This document shows positions 11,563 through 25,932 of a stretch of 64,000 bases of DNA, one piece after another. Location: contig JBHGNT010000006.1 of assembly GCA_043228905.1 (NCBI GenBank), forward strand, positions 1,488,001 through 1,552,000. Reading direction: 5' to 3'. A program made the position numbers and the translations under genes. The notes beneath the pieces were generated by a model. That model made no database searches. It was not told the origin of the DNA and saw only the letters and a list, made by a program, of their open reading frames with translations. Source of the stretch: Azolla caroliniana. Taxonomy: Eukaryota; Plantae; Polypodiophyta. The number at the start of each line of letters is the position of its first letter. The stretch's first letter is position 1.

Positions 11563-14500
11563 ATACAACCTTCTTCACGGCAATGTGTATGGTCACACGT
11601 TGTAAGACGTTAGTGCAAACATGTACTAGCTAGACTTCCTGCATCAAGAAACGACCTTCCATCTACTAAGAAAATATAATTTATCTTATATAAACTCAAA
11701 TGAGTGAATTTGGGGCAAGTTGCACCTTCCAATTCATGGTTAAGTTTGGCGTGTGCAATTAATCGTAGGTCAACATGCATAAGATATCAATTCCAAGGTG
11801 GCCCCTAAGTGCTTTATTAGAGCGACAACTTATTCATCACTATGTATTGTGGAATGATTGCGTGTGAAACACAATGTTACTACTACATTGACAAAATAAA
11901 CCAACTCACTCTCGCATCTTCATGACACAAATATTATAGTAGTACCAACTGCCCAGAATCGACTTTAAGAGCCACCATGTACTAGCTTCAATCTATTGTG
12001 TTTAGCTCATGATATAACTTCACTCACAATAAATTTATTGTTTTTCTCTAAAACAAGTCAAAGCATCCCATTAAATGCTAACACATCACCACATGATTGA
12101 TTAGGAATACAATCTTACAAAGAGAGCTTTACAATATAGATATTCATTGATCAATAATCAACATTCAAAAGGAGACGATGTTTAAATCGTATCAGCACAT
12201 TCACTACTAGATTAGTGAGTGCAAATGAAGATCAAGGAATCTCGATACAAACATGAAATACACCAATCTCTTTTGACAAGCATTATGTTGCATACTCCTA
12301 TGTTTTTCGTGAATTGTGCTTCCCACTTTATTGTTAATGTTTGAATGTGTAGCCCTACCTAAAAAGAGGCCAAATATTGTTTCAAATAAAGCGGACCCAC
12401 CACCCCTACGGTGACCAGTGCCATTATAACAGCCTTAAAAAAGGTAAGAATCTATACTATACCTCACGTCACTAATACGGCTAAAATGAAAAGGTGGATT
12501 CACTTACATTCTATGACGTACAAGACACCCTCATTCAATCCAATGGTTTACCAAGTTGGATCTTAGCTTTTGTTACTCGCACGATTACGAACATGCCGCA
12601 TTGCATGTAGCATAACCTCAAACATGACATTATGAGGACCCTAATCATCATCTATTGCATATGAGACAAGGGGCGAGACAATGCCAATCGATGGTTACCT
12701 TTGTGGTTATGTTGATGACCTTACAATTGTGGCACCTTTGGGTCCAATGATAGTCAAAAAACTTCGGGGGCATCTATGCATGTTAGTGTAGATGGATATG
12801 CATAGGATATTGAACCCAAGACTAACTAAATTTTATTCTCTAGTTTTTGTAGGTAAAACTTGTTATGTCTACGAATACATTGGCATGTTCTTTGTACTCT
12901 AGCATGTTATGTCAAGATTGTTGCCATAAGTGTGACCTATTTTATTGCTCGATGTATCGGCCTTACATTTCCCAAATATATGTAGTACTTCTACCTTCAT
13001 TTCCGAATCTTCATTGTTTAGGGTAAATCTATAAATGATATTACTTTTTTCGAAGTGTTTGTATATCATTGCATTTTGTAACACTATAACTGTGTTGCAA
13101 CTCATGAGTAATATTAACGGGTGACATTCTAATAACCTTGAAAGATGTTGGTGTTATCTCTCTTTAAAAGTGTAATAACCTCATGATATTGTGAGTTTGA
13201 ACATGTCAATACACTTCAAAGGTACTAGATTGAGAAAGAGTGTTACTAGTCACCTCTCTTTGTAGTATTTGACAAAATCATGGTGTTTTGATGCAGGAAG
13301 AGAATGGATCACTACCAGAGAACATAGACTTATACATAAATTCATTGAGCTAGATTCAATAACAAATTCTTGCTTGTTACTATAGTGTTTCTCTTGTCTC
13401 TTGAAAAATAAAAAGTAGACATGCATATACATAGTTTTTTACATCACTCATTGAACACTCATTGAACACTCATTGAAGGATGATAAATTGAAGGATAAGG
13501 CAACAGTCTAAATTATCCACAATTATAAAGCATAAGAAAACTACTAGATGTCTTAAGAATATCATACACAATTCTTACTTGGTGTCAAAGGCCTCAAGTC
13601 AATTGCAACTCCAACCAAGCTTTTGATGTTCATAGGTCATAATATATGTAAGAAACATGATTATATTGTAATTTGTGGGGAACTGCCCTTTATTATGTAG
13701 GAACAATCAACTGCCAATGTTCTTGTAATGTGAAAGGGGCCCTTGATAGTTTCCAACTTATATAAAAGCACAACAACTCTAATGTAAAAGAGACCTTTGG
13801 GTGCCCTAACTTTGTGGCTACCTTTTACATTCACTAAGAACCACTTTTTCCATGTTGCTTTTCCACCTAATTAATCGAGAAATACATGTTACTTATTTAG
13901 TAATGATCTATTTGAGACTAACATACTTCTTAATTAGTGTAGTAAGTGAATCTTAATTTATATTGACCTACGAAGCCTTTTGAGGCATCCGTGATTACAT
14001 GGAGTGGAGAAGTAACTGCATTTATATATTGATGTATGACGTGGTCTTTGCCGTTGACAAGTGCCATCTCAAAATCCCTTGGTTAGCCTATTGAGAGGAA
14101 GATGATCCCGCAAAACTCAAAAGTGACCCATCCCTTTGAGACAATGCGATCAAACCATAATTAGCTCAAATGTTATCGATAATAAAATTTATCATTAACT
14201 TGTGAGAAGTACAATGACTTGTTAGACGAGCATGATAATTGAAGTGTCAAACTCAAAATTTCACCAAGATGAGTGAATACATATGTCCATGGATTATTTT
14301 CACAAATAGGTTTTTGTATAAAGTAGAAACCCCCCATCTTAGGAAGGAGCCGTATCCAAGCTTATATGTTTATTTAGTCCCATAATTGGATTTGGTTGTC
14401 TCATTGTGGACAATAAATATATATTATATTATCTATATTTCATCGCATTTACTCTCATTTCCTTTGTTTGTTCAAATCATTGTGTGTTCCCCATTGTTTC

Positions 14501-16250
14501 TTCTTTTCCTCCCCCATCACTTCATCGTATTCGTTCATTATTTTTCCTTCCCCTTTTTTCTTTTTGAGATGGTTTGGCACACACATCCATCTTTGTCATC
14601 AAAGGATTCAATCTAGATTGAGTGGTGGAAGGGCAATGCAAATGGTTGAAAACAAATATCCATGGAGACATGTAAATATACCATTGCCTCGTCTTCTTTT
14701 TGTTAGTATGCAATGTGTTTCTCTTTCGTCCTTTCTTTCTCCCTTATTAATCGCCATCTTGAGTTATTTCTCAAGGACATTTAATACGTGAGAAAGATTA
14801 CAAATGTGCTATTTAAATATCTGAACAATATAGTAAAATAGTCTAAAACAAGTATTTTCCCATAATTTTCTAAAACATGCCACTTTATCAAATAAGATCA
14901 TACAATGGATGAATAAAGTGTGGAACTTCTACAATTATCTTTAATTTGTTGGACAATTGTTAATGTTCATAAATATTTGTTACCATTCATCGTAAAAGTT
15001 ATTCAACTCAAAACTATGATATCACAAATTCAAGGATAATATAGGCAGCACAATGGGATCTTGGAATTTAAACTCTTACGAACTTCATCATGATCATGAT
15101 CATCGACTTACATGAGGCAAATGTGGTGTCCACTCTAGAAAGGTGTTTTGTTTTGTAAGGTTGCAAAATGATGTGGGAAAGGCAGGGTGTAGCATGATAG
15201 AAGATGGCAATTCAATGTAGTACTTAAGAAACCTTGTTAATCTTATTTGTAATGCAAACAAAGATTATTGAATTTGTATGAGCTTCAAGAGGTGTTTCCA
15301 AAATTTCGTAGTGAATCTAAGATCTCATTTGATGATAATGATGTTTTGGAAGCCCATAGCGATGAAAAGTCTTGCAAAGTCGAAGTGCGATCATGACTTC
15401 ACTTGAGATGGAGAAAGAGCATGGAATGAAATGTGCCATCATTGAAATGAAAATCAATCCACAACTACTAGAATGACATCATGATCTTTAGAAGTGGAAA
15501 ACTCTAAAATCCTTCCAAGCCCAATTGGTATTAGTTGAGTGTTAAATAATCCATACTAAAAATGATGAGTGGCTTTTCCCGAAGCGCAAATGCCACAAAA
15601 TAAAAAAAAAGCCTCAACTTTTCTCCAAACGAGGGACACTAGTAATCACGAACAATGAGCTCAATTGTCTAAGTGTCCCCAAAATGGTCTATGAAATGAG
15701 AATTTGTGACAAGCCTAGATTATTTGAAGGTATGGTGGATTATTTGGAACATACAAGAAACCATGTCAACACACAAGCTTGTCATGCTTTAATTAGGCAT
15801 ACCATATTCATCTGTTCATGATGTCGATTATGACAAAATTGTATCCAAGTATCGAATCATTCATGTGGCACTACATCTATCATTGATGAGTTTTGAGTGT
15901 CATCTAAAAATGTTATATCAGGATGAGCTAAAAACAAGGTGGTGGCACCAAGTTGTAGACTATTTGAACCAATAACAAACTAAGAGTAATGACCAAAAGT
16001 GAGCTTGCTTGGTTTTGGTACTAAGTAAAAATGACATGACAGTGCATTCAATTTGTTCCACAACCATCCTAGTTATAGATATTCAATATGATAGGAAGAA
16101 CACCATAACTTTATAAGGGGAGCATTCAAGACAACATTGTGATTCCTAAAAGGAGTCCACAGTAGCCAATAATTGATCCATAACATAGATGGTATAAAAA
16201 AATTGATGGAATTTTCAAGAATGAAAATAAATAGGGTGCAATTGATAGTT

Positions 16251-16722
16251 ATCTCTATCTTGAATTAAGATGCCTACCAATGCAAATTTATCGAATCTGG
16301 AAAATAAGGTTTTGATGGGGCTTGGTGTGCCCAAATTGGAGCTACTATGAAGGCATGTTTTAATACCACAAAGGTTCAATCTCCATCAATGGTCTAGTCA
16401 AAAGTGACATCTATCTTAACTTAAGATGGCTACCAATGCAAAATTATGGGATCTGGAAAATAAGGTTGTGATGGGGGTCGGTGTGCCCAAATTGGAGCTA
16501 CTATGACGGCATGTTTCAATACCACAAATGTTCAATCTCCATCAATGGTCTAGTCGAAAGTGACATCTATCTTGACTTAAGCTAGCTATCGATGCAAATT
16601 TATGGGATCTGGAAAATAAGGCTTTGATGGGGCTTGGTGTGCCCAAATTGGAGCTACTATGAAGGCATGTTTCAATACCACAAAGGTTCAATCTCCCTCA
16701 ATGGTCTAGTCAAAAGTGACAT
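16251..16722. repeat. Tandem repeat, ~156-bp unit x3
   Basis: GATCTGGAAAATAAGG...GGTGTGCCCAAATTGGAGCTACTATGA.GGCATGTTT...TCAATGGTCTAGTC.AAAGTGAC occurs three times. Confidence 0.92.
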
Positions 16723-19457
16723 CCTTTGGAGTGAGACATTTGATCAACAAGACAATATTTTAATATTTCTTAATAGAATAAGAAAGCAGTTCCTAAACCC
16801 TACTAAACATTAAACATTCGATGAGCATCTGTTTTCCAATGAAGAATAGTCTAGACTTTTGCTTAATCAATAGATATCCATTTAGAGGTGATGAAATACA
16901 CTAAGAATTTTAGATTACACTTATTCTTAAACTAATATTTGTCTACATTCGCATATGGTTCATGCTCTTAAAAGTTTTTAGAGCACTATTAGCATGGGAT
17001 TAGTGCTCTTGTAAAGACTTCAAGAATATCATAATGTCATCTAACTACACAATAACAAGCTAGAGGTCCAGGAATTCCCCCAGAAAACCATTTTGTCACA
17101 TGTTGAAAAATCGTTGGAGCATTAGTAAGCCCAAATGGCATGACAATGTACAAAACCAAACTTCCACTTATCCTCCTCTCTAATACAAATGAAATTATAA
17201 TAAATACCATGGAGATTGACCTTAATTAACTATTTGGCTTCCTTGAGGCACTACAACATGTGTATGATTACCGAATAAAGGGTATCAATTTTAAAATGTG
17301 GTATTGTTGAGTGCAATTTTCTTATTAAGTCATGGTGTTATCGTGTCGACCATAACAATTGACCATAGTGACTTAGGTATGGTGAACAATGTGTCGTGTG
17401 GTATAGAGGGAATTAGTTCTTGGAACATAAGTGATCGTAAGAGGGCCACGAGGGCCACTTAAGAGTTGATTGAGACAACCATGTAATTGGAGTTTGGGTA
17501 GATCGAACTACTTGATTGAAATACTTAGTTAAAGAAAACTTTAATGATATTAAGGGAGAGTGAACACAATTAGAGAAATAGAGTTTGATTAATAAGGATG
17601 CACAATTAACAGAGTTGAGCTACAATACTTCCCTCTCTCTATATTCCTTTAGTTAGGAGGAACACCCTACTCATTATGTTGGTAAGATTAATCTATGGGG
17701 CTCTACCTTTGTACCATGTTATTGTTAAGCTATATATCCTAATGGTTAAAAATGCTCTTTGGCAAGATATTTCGTAAATCTTTTGCATGTACAATGATCA
17801 CAATATTCTCAACATCCATGAACTACCTTAGCATGATTGATAATGATTGAGATGGATGCACAATACTGTGCATCCATTTAGAGAAGTCTGTAATACTGTG
17901 CAATGCAAATAAATGATTAGATAACATTTAAAAAAAACAATGTTGGCATGAATTTCATTGAATGTTCAATGGTACTTTTAATACAAGGATGGTTTTTACC
18001 AAGATCTCACGAACTGTGTATTGCATTAATTTGTTAATCCCTGGAGTTGGTAGCGCACCTTACATAGAGTCAATTTGTTCGACTCACCCCCTCAAAAGGT
18101 GTAAAGAAATCATAAAATTCCTGTAGGGCCCTCTATTGTCTTGTTTGTTAATAGTTCAATATCTAAACTTTGCCTTAAAAAGAATCCAGTTATTTGCAAA
18201 GGAACATACAAATAGTGAAATTGCTGAAGTAGGAAAGTCGGCCTCCTCTAATATCTTGTTTGTTTATGTTCAAATGTATCGATTAATACATTCTTTACCC
18301 TTCGATGTATTTTTAATTAATGTATCAAGGTCTATCCCCCGTAGCAAAAGAGTATACATGTACTAAAGTGTTTAATAGGAAAGTTGTGGGTCTTGTTTAT
18401 TAATTAATATGTCAAGTCTGCCCTTTGTTGTTTAAAATGTCCTAGTATAACAAAGTGCTTGAAAAGGAATGCCGCATGTCTTGTTTATTAGTATGTTAAG
18501 GTCTAGTGCTAGTCTAAAAAGAGTCTACATATAATCAAGTGTCTAAGTAGGAAAGGTCTCGACCAAGTGTTAAAATAGTCCAAAGTTGTTGATGCCAAGT
18601 GGATCGATCCCGATCCAACAATTCCTTTCACAACTATTCTTTTGGGTATAGTCGATGATGCTTGGTAGTTTCTGTAAGCACTCTATTCAAAGTGGTCTAA
18701 GTGCAAAGTTTGTCATAAGAAAAGGACAATCATAATTGTAGTAGGACCCATCAACTACACATCCTTTACAAAGTCATGACATTACATGGTCCAATGTTTT
18801 CAAATGGGAGCATATTGTTGAAATATTGGTTTGACACACATGCAACCTACTATATGAATTCATGTTGATGTTCATTACCCACTTCTCCGAAAAATGTAAT
18901 GCAATTTTTTATATGTTCCAAATCATTCATGTAGTCATGTAGGCGGTATGGATGTCAAATTATTTCAATAACAAAATTAATTACTATTTATGGTAGTAGC
19001 ATTGTATCCAACTTCCTTGTGAAGAAGTTATATCAAAAGTATTCTCTGAGCATCTCTTCATCACCCTATGATTGTCCAGGACTTTATTTATCCATTATAG
19101 GCAAAACTACCACCATGTGTAAGAAAGTTGGATGACACTTCTAATATTGGCACGGAAAAATATCTAAAATTATATTTTAACCAATTGTGTCAACTTGCAC
19201 ATGTATAGAGAAACATTTAACATTCATTGGTAGAATAATTTTAACACATGAGGAGATTATACATAGCATCGTGGAGCACTGCGGCCTCGATTTCCCTCGG
19301 TTGATAGCTGGATGAATGCCTTCAATGCATGCAATTGGTGTTATGGATGCACAAGAGGTAAACTCGTCAAGTCTTGTTTTGTAAGAGGCTTGAAACCACA
19401 TCCCCTCGTTTTTGGGAGAATTGGATGTTGATCGCAAGCTTCACCCTTTGGGGTAAG

Positions 19458-19900
19458 TAAGAATCGGCAACGGTTTTGTTCTGTTCAGTTCGAGAGGGTC
19501 CAAACCAAACCGGTTTGGAATCGAACCGTTTAAATTTTTTGAAACTTGAACCGAACCACGAAACTGTTAAACCGAACCGTTAAACATTTTCCAAACCGTT
19601 AAACCATTAAAACGTAAAAACTGTGGTTTCGTGGTTCGGTTTCAGTTTTCAACTTAGGTCAAATTTTAAATTTTAAAATTTTAAAATTTATAATAATTCA
19701 TTATTTTAAAATTGTAAAGATGATCCTAAAATGTGAGAATAAGGTCTAAAAATGAAAAGATTGTTTAAAAACAATTTTTAAAATTTTTTTAAAAAATAAT
19801 AAAAAATAAATAATCGTTTAAACTGTAGTTTTTGACTGTTGAAACCGAACCGAACCATTCTAAAAAACCTAAACCAGAACCGAACCGTTGCCGATTGCTA
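19458..19900. mobile_element. hAT-family MITE (non-autonomous)
   Basis: TIRs TAAGAATCGGCAACGGTT / AACCGTTGCCGATTGCTA; 8-bp TSD GGGGTAAG / GGGGTACG; many subterminal AACCG repeats; AT-rich core. Confidence 0.85.
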
Positions 19901-20273
19901 GGGGTACGTGTGGAAAGCACTATTGTAAGTAGGTGGAGCAGAGAAACATAGTTCGTCTTATGATCTTAATGTAGAGACAACAAATGAAGAGGAGGAACAC
20001 TGAGAGGGAAAATACTCTTATTGATGAGGGCAACAATAGTTCTGTCTATTCTCAACAAAGAGATTTTTTACACAATAGTTAGAAAAAGAGAAATAAAATA
20101 AAAAACAAGGGCACATGCCATTTTGACCTTTTCACACTATGTACATGTATCTATGTACATAGTATTTATGTACATATAACAATGTCCCACTAAAAGGCCT
20201 AAACTAAGAGTACAAACAATAGAAGGTTGAACTATACAACGCCTATACCTCCCACCTGATGGGCATGTTACAT

Positions 20274-22317
20274 AAGGCACTAGGCGATACCCATCAAGTG
20301 ACAACAATGCCCCAATGCATCTTGTAGTAAGGCCTTGGTCAATGCATTTGCGCCATTTTCTCGAGAAACACCCTTCTCAAGGCTAATGCAACCATTAGCT
20401 AAGCATTCATGAATGAAATGGTATCACACTCCAATGTGCTTGGTCTTTGCATGATATAATGGGTTCTTAGCCAAAGCAATGGCAGTCTAACTATCACAAA
20501 ACAATTTGGGTACATGTTGAGGTATACCCATGTCACTAGCTAATTGAGACAACCAAATTGCTTCCTTACATGCCTCACTGGCTGCAACATACTCTGCCTT
20601 TGTAGTTGACAATGCGACACATTCTTGAAGACGATATCTCCAAGCAATGAAACCTCCAATAATTTGAAAAATGTACCATGAAGTAGATTTCCTACTGTCA
20701 GCACATCCAACATAATCTGAATCTATGCATCCGATGAGAAAGATATCACCTCTTCCCAAACATAGACACTTATCTTTAGTGCCACTCGGATATCTCAATA
20801 TCAACTTGACTGCATCCCAATGTTTCTTACCAGGATTTAACATGAATCGACTTACCGCTCCCACTGCAAATGCAATGTTTGGTCTAGTACCCACCACGAT
20901 ATACACAAGACTACCAATAACATATTGATAATGAACCTTGGTCATGAATTCCTTGTCCTCATCAGATGTGGGGTAATCACATGTGCTCAACTTTACATAT
21001 GTAGGAAATGGAGTGCTCAACGGCTTTGCATTCTCCATATTAAACCACTTGAGTACTTTGGATATGTACTCAACTTGAGACAAGTAAATGCATCGTTTAC
21101 TCCAATCATGAGTAATACACATACTAAGAATATGTTTCGTGTCTCCCAAATCCTTCATGTCAAAAGCCTAACTCAAGTTTTTCTTCAACAAGGATAACTC
21201 ATCCTTGTTTACCAACGATAAGCATGTCATCAACATAGAGTATCAACATAATAGAACTCTCATCTGAACATTTTTTCATATAAAGACAATGTTCCTCATT
21301 GCTTCTAGTGCACCCTTCAGTCTTCATAAAAGCATCAAACTTTTGGTACCACAAACTTGGGGACTTCTTAAACCCGTACAAGCTCTTCTTGAGTTTACAT
21401 ACCAAATGTTCTTTGCCCGAGACTTCATAACCTTTTTGTTGTTCCATATAGATCTCCTCATCAAGATCCCCATGCAAGAAATCAGTCTTTACATCCATTT
21501 GGACTAATTCTAACTCTTGATTCGCAGCCAATGCAAGCAACATACACAATGTAGTCATCTTAACAACAAGAGAGAAAATTTCATCAAAGTCAACTCCTTG
21601 TTCTTGCTTGAAATGTTTTGGTACCAAGTGTGTTTTGTACTTTGGAGAAGTCCTATCACATGTATATTTATACTTGTAGACCCACTTGCATGGTAATGCT
21701 TTCTATCATTTGGCAAATGTACTAAATCCCAAGTACCATTCTTATGAATACTATCCAATTCACTTTGCATGACATGCTCCCATTTAGCATGATCACTAGC
21801 CAGCATAGCTTCCTTATAGCAAGAGGGATCACCTGCATCTGTTAACATCACATTGTCCGTGAGCCTAGCATGTGGCCTAGAGACACAAGTAGATCGTCTC
21901 ACTAGTTGTTGAACTGGAGTAGGAATGTTCTCAGGTTGTACACATGCGTCATCATCTTGTACATCCTCATATGGGTGGACATATTATGTAGGACTGTACG
22001 GCATAGGTGTGGGATTATTCACTTGCACACTAATAGAGGGTGTAACATCTTGAAACACCACTTTCCTCACTCACTTCCTTAATTGGCTACTTATGCATAA
22101 TCTTTTCATTGAAAATGACATCATTACTTTTGACTATAGTGCGTGTTTCAGGGTCCCATACTCGATATCCAAACTGACCATCTATACTATAGCCAGGAAA
22201 AACACATTTTCTACTTTTGAAACCTAGTTTCTACCTTAACTATTTTGGAACATGAGCATATGCTTCACATCCAAACACTCTAAGATGATCATTGTGAGGG
22301 GTTTTTCTAGTACATAG
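20274..22317 (-). pseudogene. Copia A pol remnant (integrase C-terminus, RT, RNase H), frameshifted
   Basis: HLRVFGCEAYAHVPK, QMDVKT.FLHG, LYVDDML, SRKSTS.Y, VALSTT.AEY motifs across ORFs 22240-22854, 21555-21902, 21199-21627 and 20487-21158. Confidence 0.92.
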
Positions 22318-22981
22318 TGTTAGGAAACAGGTCCCTCCGGATGAGGAGTACCCGGCTACGGATGACCCGGTGAGAACCGGATGATGAAGACATGATGAGA
22401 ACCGGATGAGGAGTACCCGGCTACGGATGACCCGGTGAGAACCGGATGATGAGTGCCCGGCAAGCGCCGGATGATGCAGGCCCAGTGAAGAGTGATCACC
22501 GGATGAAGGGACATATTCGTAAATATGTTTCTGAGAGACAATCGGGGCTATATTTGTAAATAGCCGAAAATTCATTTTAGTATAAATATGACTTAGGGCA
22601 AACTGTTGTTTATGATGATGTGTGTGTGTAGTTGTTGTCATTCTTGTTGGCGCAAGATTAGAGCGCAACAGTGTACACAGAGAGAGAGAAAGAAACGAAG
22701 AGGTCGTTGCCTCTGTTGTAACCGCCGCCTGTGGCAAAGATCGTGAGCACGAGGTTGTTGCCTCCATGAGCTCACTGTTGTAATCTTTGTGATATAGTGA
22801 TAGTTCACAGTCAGTGGGTTGCCGTGGTTTTTTCCCTAATTTGGGTTTTTCCACGTAAACATCCTATGTACTCTCTTTTCTTTCCTCTGTGTCGTGCCTT
22901 CATTATCCGTTTATTTCTGTGCTTCAATTATAGACTCGGTTGTGGCCGAGTGGTGTGGAAAGGGAGTGTGCATTCCTGTCA
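22318..22981 (+). mobile_element. 5' LTR of Copia element B
   Basis: TGTTAGG...CCTGTCA; CCGG-rich U3 repeats; TATAAAT box; followed by AAG + tRNA-Met PBS TGGTATCAGAGC (22985-22996). Confidence 0.92.
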
Positions 22982-23011
22982 AAGTGGTATCAGAGCGAAA
23001 CGACACAGAAA

Positions 23012-25039
23012 ATGGACAATTCGTTGGGAGGCATGTTCAAGCTCACCGGCTCCAACTATTCGGTGTGGAAGTCAAAGATGAGGGACATGCTCGTGGTTAA
23101 AGATCTTTGGTTGCTGGTTCAGTTCGGCGACAAGAGACCGGACAAAATCGACGCCACAATATGGGAGGTGATGCGCATGAAGACAACGGCGTACATACGG
23201 TGCTTCATTGACATGAGCCTATACAACAACTTCAATGAAGAGAGCAAGGCTCATGAGCTCTGGGAGAAGATCGACATTATGTTTCAGAACAAAAATGTTG
23301 TTAACCAGGTTTCGGTATTCCAGAAGCTAGTAAGACTCTAGTACCAAGATGGCTCCAGCATGGCAGAGCACATGAATGCCTTCAAGGGGCTGATACACCA
23401 GGCAACATCATTGGAAGTACCTCTCGCCGACGAGGTACTAGCGCTACTCCTACTCGGTTCCCTCCCGGATAGCTGGGAGACGTTGGTTGTCACTTTGGGC
23501 AACGCCGGGCCGGAAGGGAAACGGTTATCCCTAGCAAGAGTGAAGTCGAGCTTGCTAGATGAGGAAGCGCGTCGGAAAGATAAGGATACGAGCTCCGACT
23601 CTAAAGCGCTCCTTACCAAATTGGAACGTGGAAGACAAAGGAACTGTAGCCCCCAGAACCGGGAAAAGTCGGGGACACGGTCAAAGTCAAGAGGGAGGCC
23701 TACTTGCTTCTATTGCGGCAAGCGGGGACATTTCTAGAAGAACTGTCGGCATTTCCGAAAAGACAAGGAAACCGACGGTACCGATTCGAAGCAGACACCG
23801 AACCGGAATGGTAAAGACCAGAGGGGGCCGGACCGGAAGGGAACGACGGCAATCACGGCAAGTGAAGAAGAGTTGATGCTCATCACCGAGGAGAGTGAGC
23901 TAAACCTTGCCGGCGACGAGATGACTTAGGTGGTCGACTCCGGAGCGTCATTCCACCTTACCCCGGACTGGAAATGCTTCTCATCCTACTCAGCCGGTGA
24001 TCACGGTTGTGTCCGGATGGGGAATGAAGGTACATGCCAAATTGTCGGCATAGGAGATGTGTGGTTGACAACGCCAACCGGATGCAAGCTGCTACTGAAG
24101 GATGTCCGACACGTTCCGGGGGTTCGTCTGAACCTGATATCAACCGATCGGCTAGATGATGAAGGCTACACGGGTAGCATCCGGAACGGTGTTATGAAGT
24201 TCAGCAAAGGGAGCCTGATTGTGGCTCGGGCCTAGAAGGTAAACACGTTGTACCTGATGAATGCCCGATTATGTCCGGAGGAAGTGAACGTGGCATCCGA
24301 CACTACCGGTGAGCTGTGGCACAAGAGGCTGTGTCACATGAGCGAGAAGGGGATGAAGAGGCTTGCAGACGACAACCTCATTCCAGTGAAGAACGTGCAC
24401 TTGGAGAAGTGCACTGATTGTCTGGCCGGTAAACAAAACCGGACCTCCTTCCGATCGAGGCCACCGATGAAACATAATGCACCACTGGAGTTGGTGCATA
24501 CTGATGTATGTCAAGTGGACACGAAGTCACATGCAAGATCGCAGTACTTCGTGACGTTCATAGATGACCACAGCCGGAAGTTGTGGGCCACATCGTTGAA
24601 GACGAAGGATCAGGTGTTATCCGTCTTCAAAGAGCTCCACGCGAGAGTGGAAAGAGAAACTGGCTGGAAGCTGAAGGCGGTTCGAGCAGATAACGGAGGT
24701 GCATACCGGGGGCAATTCGCGGAGTACCGTCGCTCGAAGGGAATCCGACTCGAATTTACCATGCCGAAGACGCCGGAACTAAACGGGATGGCCGAGAGGA
24801 TGAACCGGACCATAATGGAGAGGGTCCGGAGTATGTTGGCGCATGCAAAACTACCCAAGAAGGTTTGGGCTGAGGCATTGTCGACGGCGACATATGTGAT
24901 AAACAGATCACCCTCAGTACCCTTGGACGAAGACACGCCACAGAGAGTCTGGACCGGTAAGGAAGTGTCCTACCGGCATCTAAAGGTATTCGAGTGTCTT
25001 GCGTATGTGCATGTAGCTAAGGACCGGAGAGGAAAACTA
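23012..25039 (+). pseudogene. Copia B gag-protease-integrase (in-frame stops); continues at 31312-31614 after element C
   Basis: CX2CX4H zinc knuckle (CFYCGKRGH), VDSGASFH protease, LWHKRLCH zinc finger, LVHTDV...DNGG...ERMN integrase. TGG/CAG->TAG nonsense changes. The frame resumes as GKL|DPKTRPC after 31311. Confidence 0.93.
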
Positions 25040-25470
25040 TGTTGGGATTACGGTCCCTCCGGATGGGATGGTCGGATATCTGGGAATCGGGAATGAAGAC
25101 CCGGTTTCAGATCCGGATGATGAAGACCCGGTTCCGGATCCGGATGATGAAGACCCGGTTCCGGAGCCGGATGACGAATGTACCCGGAGAGAGATCCGGA
25201 TGCGGGGACATATTTGTGAATATGTTTTGCCAAGGGCCCTTGAGGCTATATTTGTAAAATAGCCCGAAAGTCATATATGTATAAATATGACTTAGGGCAA
25301 ACAGTTTTGTTGTTGTTGCTCATTTTTCTTGTTTTACACCTAGAGGGAGCGAAGTGAGAGCAGCCGAGAGAGAGAGTGAGAAAGAGAGAGAAAGGAAGAG
25401 GTCGACGCCTCTGTGTAATACCGCCGCCTGTGGCGAGGACAGCGAGCTCAAGGTCATCGCCTTGCAGCTT

Positions 25471-25932
25471 GATTCGGATATGTCGGCTGATGCAGATACC
25501 AGCCGGTCCACATCAGGGTATGTGATGACGTATGCAGGGGGAGCTGTCTCGTGGCAGTCGAGGCTGCAGAAGACGGTTGCGTTGTCAACCACGGAGGCGG
25601 AGTACATAGCGGCTGTTGAAGCCGGCAAGGAAATGATATGGATGAAGGACTTCATTAGAGAGCTCGGTATCCGGCAGGAGGAGTACCGACTCTACTGCGA
25701 CAGTCAGAGTGCCATCCACCTTGCGAAGAACGCGGCCTATCACTCTCGGACGAAGCACATCCAACGAAGATATCACTGGATCCGGGAAAGGATAGAAGAC
25801 CAGGAGTTCGTGCTGACGAAGATCCACACGAACGAGAACGGGTCAGACATGCTGACCAAAGTGCTCACACCCGACAAGCTGGAAGCGTGCCGGAAGAGGG
25901 TCGGACTGGAAAGACATCCCATGCCGAAGTGA
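25471..25932 (+). pseudogene. Duplicated RNase H segment of element C fused to truncated LTR1
   Basis: Copy of 30211-30672 with 4 substitutions, all C->T or G->A. Confidence 0.95.

Noticed and set aside
12400-12800. GYVDDLTIV motif suggesting an ancient RT
   Set aside because: Too degraded; no supporting upstream RT motifs could be read in frame.
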